A DNA stretch of 63,955 nucleotides, the filler included, from Octopus bimaculoides (lineage: Eukaryota), in assembly GCF_001194135.2 (NCBI RefSeq). It is 5 parts of 5 records of this genome, joined end to end, with 100 filler letters (N's around TTAATTAATTAA, not from the genome) between each part and the next. Parts side by side here need not be neighbours in the genome. Positions count along the whole stretch, not along the records: positions 36,298 to 57,710 come from NC_068987.1; positions 57,811 to 62,689 come from NC_068981.1; 3 more parts are not named here. The stretch is one strand, 5' to 3'. Of the stretch, positions 49,461-61,200 are shown piece after piece. Position 1 is the stretch's first letter; every line of letters begins with the position of its first letter. The notes beneath the pieces were generated by a model. It saw only the letters and a program-made list of their open reading frames with translations. It was not told the DNA's origin and made no database searches. A program made the translations under genes and the position numbers.

Positions 49461-49770
49461 ATATTCCTGTATTTTTTAATACTGTATGTCTATGATAGAT
49501 GCTATCTTGAGATGAATACTACAGTTAATCAAGCTTTCAAGATGTATCTGTTTTAAATATAATATGCAGATTGGTACTTTAAACTAATACTGCTTCTGCC
49601 ACACATAATGAATATATATTAAGAGACTTGAGAATGTATTTGTATATATCCTTCTGACAGATTTTTATTGCTAGTCTGGCTCATGCTCTGGCGGCAAATA
49701 AAGAAATCATTGTCTGGTTCATGGATATATAGATGTCTATATACCCACGCAATACACCCACGCTATGCGT

Positions 49771-49831
<61 letters not shown>

Positions 49832-50964
49832 CTCACACACACACACACACACACACTCACACATAAACGATTTGTATGCATGTGTATTTGTGTGTATGTA
49901 TTCGCTCTGCTGGTGTGTTATTATAGTATTATAAAATAAATATATCAAAAAATTTTCTAGGTCATTGAATCAGTAAAGGAGTGCTGGGGTCACTAAAAAT
50001 CAACACAATACCGCTTTGTGTTATTCAAAGGAATGCAAGTAACAGTAATATATATATAAGCAACTATAAGTTTCACTAAATGTGAAGAGGAATGCATAAA
50101 AAGATTGCAGTATTGAATTCATAACATAAACTACAGCCAAGAAAAATAGTAACCTCCCACCACCAAAACAAAAACCCAGCTTTCAAAGTTTTTCCATGGA
50201 AAATGACATAATTTTGTATACATTTGCTTATTTATCCCCTACCTTCTAATCCATCTATCTATCTATTTATTTATCTATCTATCTACCTATTCATCTAATT
50301 GTCCATTTATTTATCTCTCTGTCTACCCATTAATCCATCTATCTGTTATCTATTGATATGTTTACCTACCTACCTACCTACCTACCCACCTAACTACCTA
50401 CCTACCTACCTATCTGTCTGTCTGTCTGTCTGTCTATCTACCTGTCCTCCTATCTATCTCTTTCTCCATCTATTTGTCTTTCTAACCATTTACTATTATA
50501 TACTTTTAAAAAGCTCTTCATAAACTAAATCTGCAATATGGTAATATAGTGTTAGCTTTCACATTAGTCACACTAATGCCGTCCTTAGGAAAATAATGAA
50601 ACTTCATAACACCCCATTTCCCCATCCTAATAAATTGGTGTCTTTTTACTTTTACAATTTTTATTGCTTGCACATACTTATCCTTCCTAGAATGGCTTCT
50701 GTTTGACAACTCTTTTTACTGATCATCGCTTAACCATGGTGTAGGAATAATACTACATATTTATCAGTCAGGTGAATTGGAGCAACTTACAGGAGCACAG
50801 TATAATGGCTATGATAGGACTTGAACTCATGATCATATGAACAGTGGCCTAGTAGCTTAACGTCACACTATCTAAAATAAAACCAATTAAATGTGTAAAG
50901 TTCCAAGTTGAGTTATTATTAAGATAATATTCTGGAATATTAATCTTATCATGTGTATTCTTTT

Positions 50965-51265
50965 ATCTGTATCAGTCATGTGACTGTGGCCATGCTGGAG
51001 CACCACCTTTAGTTGAACAAATCAACCCTAGGACTTATTCTTTGTAAGCCTAGTACCTATTCTATTAATCTCTTTTGCCGAACCACTGAGTTATGGGGAT
51101 GTAAACAGACCAGCATTGGTTGTCAAGCAATGGTGGGGGGACACACAAACATATACATATGTATGTATATATATATATACAATGGGCTTCTTTCAGTTTC
51201 CATCTACTAAATCCGCTCAAAAGGCTTTGGTTGGCCCGAGGCTATAGTAGAAGACACTTGCCCTT
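50965..51265 (-). mobile_element. tRNA-SINE (61201 family), partial
   Basis: GGCCATGCTGGAGCACC...GGACTTATTCTTTGTAAGCCTAGTAC...GAGGCTATAGTAGAAGACACTTGCCC. Confidence 0.85.
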
Positions 51266-51742
51266 ATCTGTTCAGTTGTTCCTAATCAGTTCAGTTGTTG
51301 CTCCTAATTCCTCACCAGACACAAATAATGAAACATTATTTCTTCATGAAGGATAATTATGCACTTACACATTATTAAGTCATCAGCAGAATAGCATATT
51401 CTGATGAAAATTGGATAGTAACATTTACATTTGGCATAGACATGGCTGTGTATTAAAAAAAGTTTGGTTCATAACTTCAGGGTTTTGGGGTTTGATATCA
51501 CTGTGTACACTCAGTATTTATGAATGAAATTTGGGAGACAGAAACTGTATGGAAGCTCAACAAATACATTCACACATATAACAGTTACAGTTTTTATGAT
51601 TTAAAAATATAAACACATATATCTTTAATTATATATATATATATATATATATCTTTAATTACATATATGTATATATGTTTAATTCTCTTTCGTTTTTGGA
51701 TTTGGTTTGCAAGATTCTTTATGTGAGTTCATGTGTTGAAGC

Positions 51743-51972
51743 ATATTCTGTTGTGTCTGGGGAGAGTCATTCTCTTTTAGTGCCTTATAATTTAACACAC
51801 TCTTGCAACCTTTTCTATAGTTTTGACTCCAGAGTCAAACTATTGAAAAGGTTGCAAGACGCAATGAAAATTTTAGAAAAATAAAAAAGAAATAAGTAGA
51901 AATTTTACCGGTGAGTGTGTTAAATTATAAGGCACTAAAACAGAATGACTCTCCCCAGACACAACAGGATAT
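51743..51972. repeat. Nested double hairpin adjoining the Penelope-like element
   Basis: Outer arms are 51743-51802 and 51913-51972. The inner palindrome is 51801-51859. Confidence 0.85.
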
Positions 51973-51979
<7 letters not shown>

Positions 51980-52007
<28 letters not shown>

Positions 52008-53110
52008 CATATATAGTGAGAATTTACAAAAAAACAAAAAACGAAGACAGGTGTATAAACAACAAACGGATGTATTAGTTTAACGCTTGGGAAGTGAGAA
52101 AGTCTTTTACATTTCAAGCCTACACTCTTCGACAGAAAGGAACACAGAAATAAACAGAGAGAGAAAATAAAAAAGGTTTAATGGCTAGTGATCTATCATG
52201 GTGAATGCCAGACAGAGGGGTCACACAGGAGAGCTAGGAAGAAGGGGAGATAATAAAATAGTGGTGATCCCAAAACGAAGGTGCGCGTGTGTGTGTATGT
52301 GAGAGCGTGTATATGCATGTGGATGGGGGCTGGTGACCTTGATGTGTGTGTGTGTGCATGTGTAGGTGTGTGGATGATGGTGTGGGTGCTGAGAAGTGGT
52401 CAGTGCTAGTGTGTGTGGGGTGGTGTGATGTGGTGTGGTATGGTGGTGTGTGGTGTGGTGGTGTGTAGTGTGGTGTGNNNNNNNNNNNNNNNNNNNNNNN
52501 NNNNNNNNNNNNNNNNNNNNNNNNNNNNNNNNNNNNNNNNNNNNNNNNNNNNNNNNNNNNNNNNNNNNNNNNNNNNNNNNNNNNNNNNNNNNNNNNNNNN
52601 NNNNNNNNNNNNNNNNNNNNNNNNNNNNNNNNNNNNNNNNNNNNNNNNNNNNNNNNNNNNNNNNNNNNNNNNNNNNNNNNNNNNAAGGGAGAAGGTGGGT
52701 AGGAGTGAAGAGAAGAAATAGGTGTCAGAGCAAGAGAGGAGAGAGGAGGAGGGTTAGATGAAGAAGGGAAGAGAGTTGAGTCCATATGGTGCAAAGGAGT
52801 GAAGAGAGAAGATTAATTCCTGTTCATGGTGAAGACAGGAGTCCAGATGGCCCCTGTGCAAGGACAATCCAAACACAGACAGATGTTGTAAAGAATGACC
52901 GGTAGAACGGAAATGGTGCAAGACCAGGGTGTCATCCCAAGACCAGCATCCCATTTGACCGATATATAGAGGACAGAGAGAGCAGGAGATGCAGTAGATG
53001 CAGTAGATGATGTTGCTAGAAGTGCAGGTGAAGGAGTGAGTGATATGATAGGATCGATGATGGGTGCCTGTGAGGAGGGTGGTGTTGGAGAGGTATGCAT
53101 GTATGTATGA
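51980..53110 (-). mobile_element. 3' part of Penelope-like element: GIY-YIG endonuclease, spacer and pLTR with hammerhead variant
   Basis: FTCTSSNIIYCIYCISCSLCPLYIGQ...HFRSTGHS...EQELIFSLHSFAPYGLN* (52754-53075) has an internal deletion. Downstream is CTTT-CTGTCGA-AGAGT-gtag-GCTT-GAAAT-GTA-AAAG (52104-52139). Confidence 0.85.
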
Positions 53111-54532
53111 AATAATAGTTTCAGTATTAATAGTGAAAGTATATGATAGTTTCAGTATAAGAGTAAATCTCATTAAAATAGAGATGTTATTGTTTCACTT
53201 TTGACACGTAATACTGAAATAGTGTAGAGATTGCTTCAGGCTTGCATTAGGTAAGAAGTTGTAAATTTCTTTGGTCAGTGACACTGCATGAACCCTAAAT
53301 TAGGCATGTGTAAAATTTGAATGAAATCAGTTGGGTAGTTCTCGAGTTTTAGGGATTTGAAATTGTACCAAGCAGTTAACACAGTGTGCATCCCAACCAA
53401 CGAAGAGACATGCACTGTGGGTGGATTCGTGTGTATGTGACCTTAATTTGCCCTTGAATAGATGCACAGTGTTGTAGTTGTCTTCTCTGAGGTCATCAGG
53501 TTAGACATTTGTTTTCTATCACACCACCCGCGTTATAGTACATGCTCAACCACTGTGAAAAATAAAGAGATTGTAGCAAAATCCTTACAAACTTTGTAGC
53601 TTATGGAATGAATAATAGGCATGAATATATACTAGTAACAATAAGCAACTTTGCATAAATTGGTTTGAATAAAGAGAAAAATGTTAAAGGCAAAAATGCT
53701 TGAAAGTCATTGCTTCACATCTTAACCACACTTGAATGAAAATAAGCTCTTACTGTGTTTGATCCTTGAGGAAATTTTATTGAATTTAAATCTGAGAATG
53801 CTCCTGTGGCATTCCTAAGTTGTTTGCTACCAAGAAAATCTACATGGACAAATTGTTTTTGGTAGTAATGCCACAATTATGCCAGAACAAGGTTAATTAG
53901 TCAAATTTCTGTTCAAAAGTAGGGTTTGTGCAAAGAAATGGCATCACAATACGTCAACAACATTGTTTAATCATGGAATACTGAAGATGTTCACATTGAC
54001 AGCTTAGTTGTGGCACAAAGGCCATTATTGGTGGAAAATATGCCAATAATTGCTAAAAAAAAAAGCATGTTTTTTGGTCATTTTCCATTGACAAATAGAG
54101 TTTTTTGCCTCACAATTGCACTCATAAAACTCCTTATACACCGCTGCATTTTTTGACATCAAGAACATTAAAATTAGCAGCATAGATTAGAAGCAAATTC
54201 AAATATTGCCTGAAAATGACCTCAAAATTTTGTAACCCGACCTTGTTTTCGAGGTTATTTTTATAGTAAAAAAAGAGTTGTTGTACAAAAAGCCTACTTC
54301 ATTTGGTAGCCAAAAGATTACTGAATCTTTTCATATCTCATACATCAAAATTGGCAACTCAGTTATTGAATCCATAAGGAACATACACACCACACACAGA
54401 CACAAACTCTGTATTACATACACATACACACACACACAAACTCTGTATTACATACACACAAACTGTTTTACATACACACACACATATATATATATATATN
54501 NNNNNNNNNTATATATATATATATATATATAT

Positions 54533-54563
<31 letters not shown>

Positions 54564-54567
<4 letters not shown>

Positions 54568-54795
54568 GTTGGCCAAAAGTCACCTGATAGTAAATCAAAA
54601 CCGTTTAATTCCATGATTAATTATGTTTAACAACCGAATGAATTTAATAAAAGTATTTAAATATGAAACATCATCAAAGTCATTCAAACTGAAGACCTTC
54701 TTGAGTGACACATTTTTCCGTTCGAGTCAATACAGAATTATAGATAGTATTTATGGAATTTTGATTTACTGTCAGATGACTTTTGGCCAAACCTG
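54564..54795. mobile_element. Tc1/mariner-type MITE (232 bp)
   Basis: 37-bp TIRs CAGGGTTGGCCAAAAGTCACCTGATAGTAAATCAAAA / TTTTGATTTACTGTCAGATGACTTTTGGCCAAACCTG, with TA on the right. Confidence 0.85.
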
Positions 54796-55424
54796 TATAT
54801 ATATATATCTTTATATATGTGGATAATGTGTATACAATTATATTTAACATGTTTGTGTATACTCGGACATGGGAAGACTTTCACTGTGGAATGTGTGTAG
54901 AGAGAAAAATTCTTCTTATAGAAGATATGAGTAAAAGTAAACCACTGGACTTTGAATGACATCATCAAACTGTAGGATGCAGTCTGTCCAGTATGAGGGC
55001 TGATGGTATTAAATATTTTCCTTCCCTCAAAATTATTGGTTTTGTGCCAAAATCAGCAGCAATTATAAGAGAAAGTTTCATAATATTATTTTACCACCCC
55101 TTTGCAATTAGTTCTCAAATTGTATGTGTAAATTGTCCTCTGAAAAACCTCATTTGCATCTAAATTATTCAACTATTGTAAGTAAAAGAAATACTTATCA
55201 ATCCAGTCTTGCTCCTACAGTAAAGAAATATTTGGGCTTGAGAAGCTGAATAGAAATAGATCTGTTCCTTATTCAAATGTTGGCCAGCCCTCTTAATATT
55301 GCTGTGATACATAGGGTGTGCCAGATAAACCTCTCATATTTTACACAACCACTAGCTTGGCACCGATGAAGTTAGTCAGGTGATAATGGTGTCTTCATAT
55401 AGCTTATGTTTTAGTTCTTTTTTC

Positions 55425-56012
55425 GGATCTTTTTTAAAATGGGGGCCACATTTTTCATTAATGTTTTTACGTAGTGTTTTTGGTACCGAAAGACTTTCAA
55501 ACTTCGTATACTTATCTATTTTGTGTTATAGAACAGAAAAATATTTTTGTATTCAAATTTATTTCATGTAAAAAATTGTCTTATTTCGATAATTTCAACC
55601 AATCACTGACAAGTATTCAGTTGTTTACATTTACTCCTTTGGCTGATTAAGCCATAGCTTCGTTTTATTTGCTTTTTTCATTTTAAATTTGCTTTTTCAT
55701 TTTCTTTTTTTTTTCTTCGTTTTAGTTGCTTTTTTCTTTTTAAAGTTGCTGTTTTACCCTAACCCTAACCCTATCGCCGATAGAATTGTTTCAGAATCGT
55801 TTGTTTATGTAGTCGGCACTTAATGTATATCGGCTGAATGGACGTCAGTGATTGGTTGAAATTACAGAAATACGACAACTTTAACTTAGGATTTCTTTTT
55901 TTTTAAAGAAGACTAAGAGAAAAAGATGTTTTATATGACACATTCTACCAGTGTTCCAAGTTTCAAAGTGTTTCGTTAATGAAAAATGTGGCCCCCGTTT
56001 TAAAAAAGATCC
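55425..56012. mobile_element. Merlin-like MITE (588 bp) with 8-bp TSD and internal (CCCTAA) repeats
   Basis: 37-bp TIRs start GGATC and differ by one mismatch. Perfect TSD CTTTTTTC at 55417-24 and 56013-20. Confidence 0.8.
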
Positions 56013-56145
56013 CTTTTTTCTCAGTTACCATCACCGTTTGAAATGATGTACACTGTGTTTGCTGTTGAAACATTCATGAAGACTGGTGAATGGAGGTTTT
56101 TTTTCTTTTTTTACTACACCTGTATTTGTTACCAACACCAACAAA

Positions 56146-57071
56146 GTATGCCCTACCATCTTAAAAGGAAGGACATTTTCAACAATGTGGTCCATGATAA
56201 ACTGTCTGAATATACAAAGGTTAGGTCTGGAACTCCTTTGACCATTGTCTTCGTGATTGGAGCTGAATAACTAGAAAAGAAGTCTGAGCTGCTATGTGGT
56301 AACTTGATGTTAGAAATAACAGTTAAATTGCATTCAGATCACACCCTACCATTTTAAAAAAAGAAGGATACATAAAATAATGTAACCTTAGATACATTAT
56401 GACTGCAACCAGTTGAACTATCAATCTAGAGCAGTCTTGGGCAACCTGTGGCCCACAACACTGAATGGCACACCTAACAAAAAAAATTACTTCAAATTCT
56501 TTTAGTACAACTAGCCTGAAGATGAACCATGTCTCATGCACTCCACTTGTCGAAAAAGGTTGCTGATACCTGATTGAGAGGATTATCACCAACCATTCTG
56601 CAAATGTTGAGCTTGCTTTATTTTCTGAAATAAGGCATGCAAGTTCTACTTATTTTCTCACTTATTTCATTTTAGTATCTCCATGCTCAATCGATGACCC
56701 AGTTAGAAAATAAATCTGCCTGTTTAACATAACTCCTAGTATCTTAAACCACACAAACCTATCCATTACATAAGTTAGTGCATATTCAGATGTCACACTG
56801 GCCTAACACCCCAACCACAACAAGTGTATTTTGGCAGACATAATGTATCCTTCCTTTTTTTAAAATGACAGGGTGTGATCTGAAGGCAATTTAACTGTTA
56901 TTTCTAACATCAAGTTACCACATAGCAGCTCAGACTTCTTTTCTAGTTATTCAGCTTCAATCATGAAGACAATGGTCAAAGGAATTCCAGACCTAACCTT
57001 TATATATTCAGATAGTTTATCATGGACTACATTACTGAAAATCTCCTTCTTTTTAAGATGGTAGGGCATAC
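56146..57071. repeat. About 230-bp inverted repeat pair with ~470-bp spacer
   Basis: 56146-56373 is the reverse complement of 56843-57071 with scattered mismatches. Confidence 0.9.
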
Positions 57072-57099
57072 ATTTCCAAGACATGGTTACTGTATTTAG

Positions 57100-57305
57100 T
57101 ATGTCACAAAACCCAGTAAAGCGTCTTTCTTGGATGTGCCAGTGGGACTAAAAAAGCATCCAGCTCACTCTGTAAAGTGGTTGGTATTTGGAAAGGCACC
57201 CAGCCATAGAAACAGACACAGCAGACATTTGAGTTTGACAGCTCCCTGGCTGGCCACTTCTGTCAAACTGCCAGCATGGAAAACAGATATTAAATGATGA
57301 TCATC
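57100..57305 (+). mobile_element. Degenerate RTE-tail retroposon
   Basis: GTGGTTGGTATTTGGAAAGGCACCCAGCCATAGAAAC...GCATGGAAAACAGATATTAAATGATGAT. Confidence 0.7.
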
Positions 57306-57399
57306 ATAACTACTCTTGTTTTCTTCTCATAACCAGCCTACGACTCTTTACTACACAGAATGCATTGCACCATCTACTTATATGTTGATGTACACATAG

Positions 57400-57710
57400 C
57401 TCTATGTGTAAATGTGTGTGGTAGGAAGGAATTTCAACCATGTTTCGTGGTCTGCTACCACAACAGCTCCTTTATAGGATCCAGTTAGCTCAAGACATCA
57501 TCAGGAGGAACCACGTCCGGTTTCGGCCCCTACTCCTCTACCGTTTTGACGTGGCGGAGCCCCTCCTTTCGGAGGTGTCTTCAGCTCTGGTGTTGGGTGC
57601 ATGTCTTCTTTCTTCTATTCCCTGGCCTCTTTGATGCAGCATCAATGAGTGTCAGGGTCCGACTGATCGTCATGTCAAGTTCCCCTTTTTATATCTGCTG
57701 CTAGGCTACA
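57400..57710 (-). mobile_element. Possible Penelope-like 3' end with long-stem-II hammerhead-like motif
   Basis: Minus strand CTGATGA (57504-57498)...GAAAC-ATG-GTT (57446-57436). Confidence 0.35.
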
Positions 57711-57959
57711 NNNNNNNNNNNNNNNNNNNNNNNNNNNNNNNNNNNNNNNNNNNNTTAATTAATTAANNNNNNNNNNNNNNNNNNNNNNNNNNNNNNNNNN
57801 NNNNNNNNNNCTGTTTATGTTGTTTTTCATTTTGTCCACGTTTTTTGTGACGTCCTGTACACAGATATGTATCTATATATACATGTAGATGTAGGTATGT
57901 ACATACATGTACATATATATGCATATACTCACATATTATTTGTATTATATATATATATA

Positions 57960-58545
57960 TAAAGAGTAAAGACTTCGATCATGAATGACAATGAGACTGC
58001 ACCTAGAAAGTTCCCTTCCGAGGCACAAGTCCTGGCAAGGTTGTTTATAGAAGACCAGCAGTTACTCATGCATACCAGCCTCCCCTCTACACACCAGTGA
58101 TGTTATCCACTTGAAAGGCAAAGGCCGGAACAGCTTGGCACCAGTGACGTTGCAACTTATTTCCTAGTTCTTTACTGCCCACAAGGGGCTACACACAGAG
58201 GGAACAAACACGGACAAATAAATGGATTGAGTCGATTATATCGACTCCAGTGCGTAACTGGTACTTATTTAATCGAGCCTGAAAGGATGAAAGGCAAAGT
58301 CGACCTCGGTAGAATTTGAACTCAGAACGTAGCGGCAGACGAAATACCGCTAAGTATTTCGCCCGGCGTGCTAACGTTTCTGCCAGCTCACCGCAACTTA
58401 TTTCTGCAGCAGAATGAATTGGAGCAACGTGAAATAAAGTGTCTTTCTCAAGAACACAATACAGCCCAGTCTGGGAATTGAACTCAATACCTCATAATTG
58501 TGAGCCTGATGCTCTAACAACCGAGTCATGCCCCATCACTGATGT
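57960..58545 (-). mobile_element. tRNA-derived SINE split by a nested SINE
   Basis: Head at 58470-58535 (GACTCGGTTGTTAGAGCATCAGG...GAGTTCAATTCC). The body continues on the other side of the insertion. Confidence 0.75.
58164..58392 (-). mobile_element. Young tRNA-SINE with Meta-domain-like core and 12-bp TSD
   Basis: TSD GCAACTTATTTC at 58152-63 and 58393-404. Core GTCGACTTTGCCTTTCATCCTTTCAGGCTCGATTAAATAAGTACCAG. The Meta assignment is from recall. Confidence 0.85.
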
Positions 58546-58702
58546 ACTTACCAACAAAATAAAATAGCTACAACACCTTATAAAAAGCTAACNNNNNNNN
58601 NNNNNNNNNNNNNNNNNNNNNNNNNNNNNNNNNNNNNNNNNNNNNNNNNNNNNNNNNNNNNNNNNNNNNNNNNNNNNNNNNNNNNNNNNNNNNNNNNNNN
58701 NN

Positions 58703-58749
<47 letters not shown>

Positions 58750-60399
58750 TATAGTATATATACATGATGTACTTAATGCTAACATCAGGTTAAAATAGAA
58801 GATATATATAAAGGTTATTCTTTACTAAATGGTCTCTTTGCTACAAATTAGGGAATTTGACTCACTCGGGATCATAGTCACCAGGAACCCGCCTATGTTA
58901 TTAACTGTGCACACTTTACTCTTAGGGCAGAACTTTGAAATTAATGAGTGTTTCGTTCACTTACAGTACAAAGTTCTTTTATTGTCTTTCAGTATGGTAC
59001 CCACCCTCAAGATGATTTGAACAGGATACATTAGACTAAGATAAAAATGTTCCGAGATACCCATATGAGCAAATGATTCATGTGGCCACCACACTTATCA
59101 TCACAGTATACCATCTTATTCCTGTTAGTTTTCTTTTATTGCAATATCCCAAGTTCTATAAGTTATTTTTCTAAAAAGGAAAGAGTCCCAATTATACTGT
59201 TCACCGGTAGTTTTCACTCATAGCAATAAATCTACCAAAAATAAAAATGAAAAGAATAGTATGACAAGGGTTGTTGTGGACTTCGTTTAAAAAAAATTTT
59301 AGTGGGTAAATCAACTGAAAATTATTGAAACCAGCAAGCAGATATGTGAAACTAGTTCATCAAGAACTGACTGCGAAGTGAACAGCAAGCGGTACGTTAA
59401 GACATTCAAAATTAAGTCTCGTAGAGCTGGTTTCCGTGGCGTATATATTCCCAGGATTACTCATATTTTACCAGCTGAGTGGACTGGAGCAATGTTGTGT
59501 GTGTGTGTGCACGGGTGCAGGTGTACATACATACTTTAGAATGTTGTCGCGAAAGTAATGCAAAAGTAGACATAACGTTTCTATTAGCAGACATAAGTCG
59601 TTCAAAATGGACATGGTGATAGAGTATGTTTTCCACAATACAAAAGTAGTACTCAACATAGCCGCCATTTCAAGCGATGCATTGGCACCATCGCTGAACC
59701 CAACCTCTCGAATCATCTTTGAAAGAATTTTGGTGTGCACACTTACTCCTTCGAAGTCACTTTCATTATGCCTGTGCCATCAAATTGTTGTCTCGAAGGT
59801 TGTCCCTCTAACCAAAATGTAGAAGGGGGAGAGGAAACTAGATCTGGGTTGTTCAGTGAGTAGGAGACCACAGGCCCGCTCAATTTACTGATTACTTGAT
59901 GAGTTTTATATGTATGCATCTATGCATGTGTAGTTCTTAAGGTGTAAACTAGTAGAATATTAATAATATAGCAAGTGTGTAACTAAGACATATACTCCTA
60001 AGAAGACAATTATATTCCTTACGATCATAAAGCTTTCAGAATAATATCAGGCATCTACAAGAAAAATATACAACAGGATTAAACATCTGAACATTTCAAA
60101 CGAAACAATACGTGAGAATAAATATCTTATATACAGGCCTACCTGGATTCGATCTCAACCCCCTTCTCTTTATCGATAACACTCATCTTCAGTAGGCATT
60201 CAGAAACAAACTCAAGTTAATTACTACTATATTCACAAATTACTTTAGGAAGCGAACGAACAAAGCGTACTAAACGGAAAGATATTATCTAAAAACATGA
60301 AGATGTCCTCCAACGGAGAATCTTGCCTCTCACAATATAGAAACATTTCTCATGACACCAGCAGACTAAGTGGAAACAGCATTGCACCGGAGAATAGCG

Positions 60400-60600
60400 A
60401 GGGTGATGCACGGAATTAGCCACTCTGATTCACGGGGTTCATTCTTTGCTGATAGCCATTTCCACCCAGGCAGCGGTTAGCAGAGATATGGTGCAGAAGC
60501 AAAGAACGCCGGAGGTCTCAGCTGCTGCAGGCTTGACCGTTAACATTGAGAAACGAATGGAACAATGTTACTCCATCATTTTGCAACAAATTAATTCAGA
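60400..60600 (+). mobile_element. Degenerate LINE RT fragment
   Basis: Frameshifted FAD-(D)-IAIST...RDMVQK...SAAAGLTVNIEK matches the segment after the YADD box. Confidence 0.6.
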
Positions 60601-61115
60601 GGGAAGTCATTGATAGTAAAGGGATGTTTACAAGATATTAATAGTAAGTTTCTTTCTTGTTCTTGTTCTAATTTTCATTGTTTTTGTAAGTGAGTCTTAA
60701 TTTTTGGCCGCTGCAGTTTGAAAGATTATTTGTTTATTTCCACATAGCATACGAAATATTTATTCCATTCACTTGGAAATTTCACGAAAGATAGATATTA
60801 CATATATCTAAATATATGTAAAATATTTTGTCTCAACGTATTGTTGATCTTCGATGATAACTATTTCAATAAACTTGTCCTTACTGATCCTTATATTATA
60901 GCCGTTATTGTATATATATATGTATATATATTCCTTATGTTGAACTGTTAATTCTTACACATTTTTATCTCTACATTTTCTTGTTGCTCCTTCACCTCTC
61001 TTCGTCTTTTGTTTTCTGTAAATTTGAACTATATATATCCACACAAACACACACATATAATAATGGAAAAATTATATAACAATGTATAATTACATTATGA
61101 GTAAAGCAGTGTAAT

Positions 61116-61187
61116 AGCAGAGTGGCGCAGTGGAAGCGTGCTGGGCCCACAACCAAGATTTCCTTAGATCGAAGCTACGCTCTGCTA
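61116..61187 (+). pseudogene. Initiator tRNA-Met-derived pseudogene, anticodon CAT>CAC
   Basis: 72 nt AGCAGAGTGGCGCAGTGGAAGCGTGCTGGGCCCACAACCAAGATTTCCTTAGATCGAAGCTACGCTCTGCTA. The acceptor stem and D arm match iMet, with mismatches in the anticodon and T stems. No CCA, and TTTTT at 61196-61200. Confidence 0.88.
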
Positions 61188-61200
61188 ACAGTAAATTTTT

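Noticed and set aside
55757-55774. Interstitial telomere or chromosome fusion scar
   Set aside because: There are only about three units, and they lie inside a TIR/TSD-bounded MITE.
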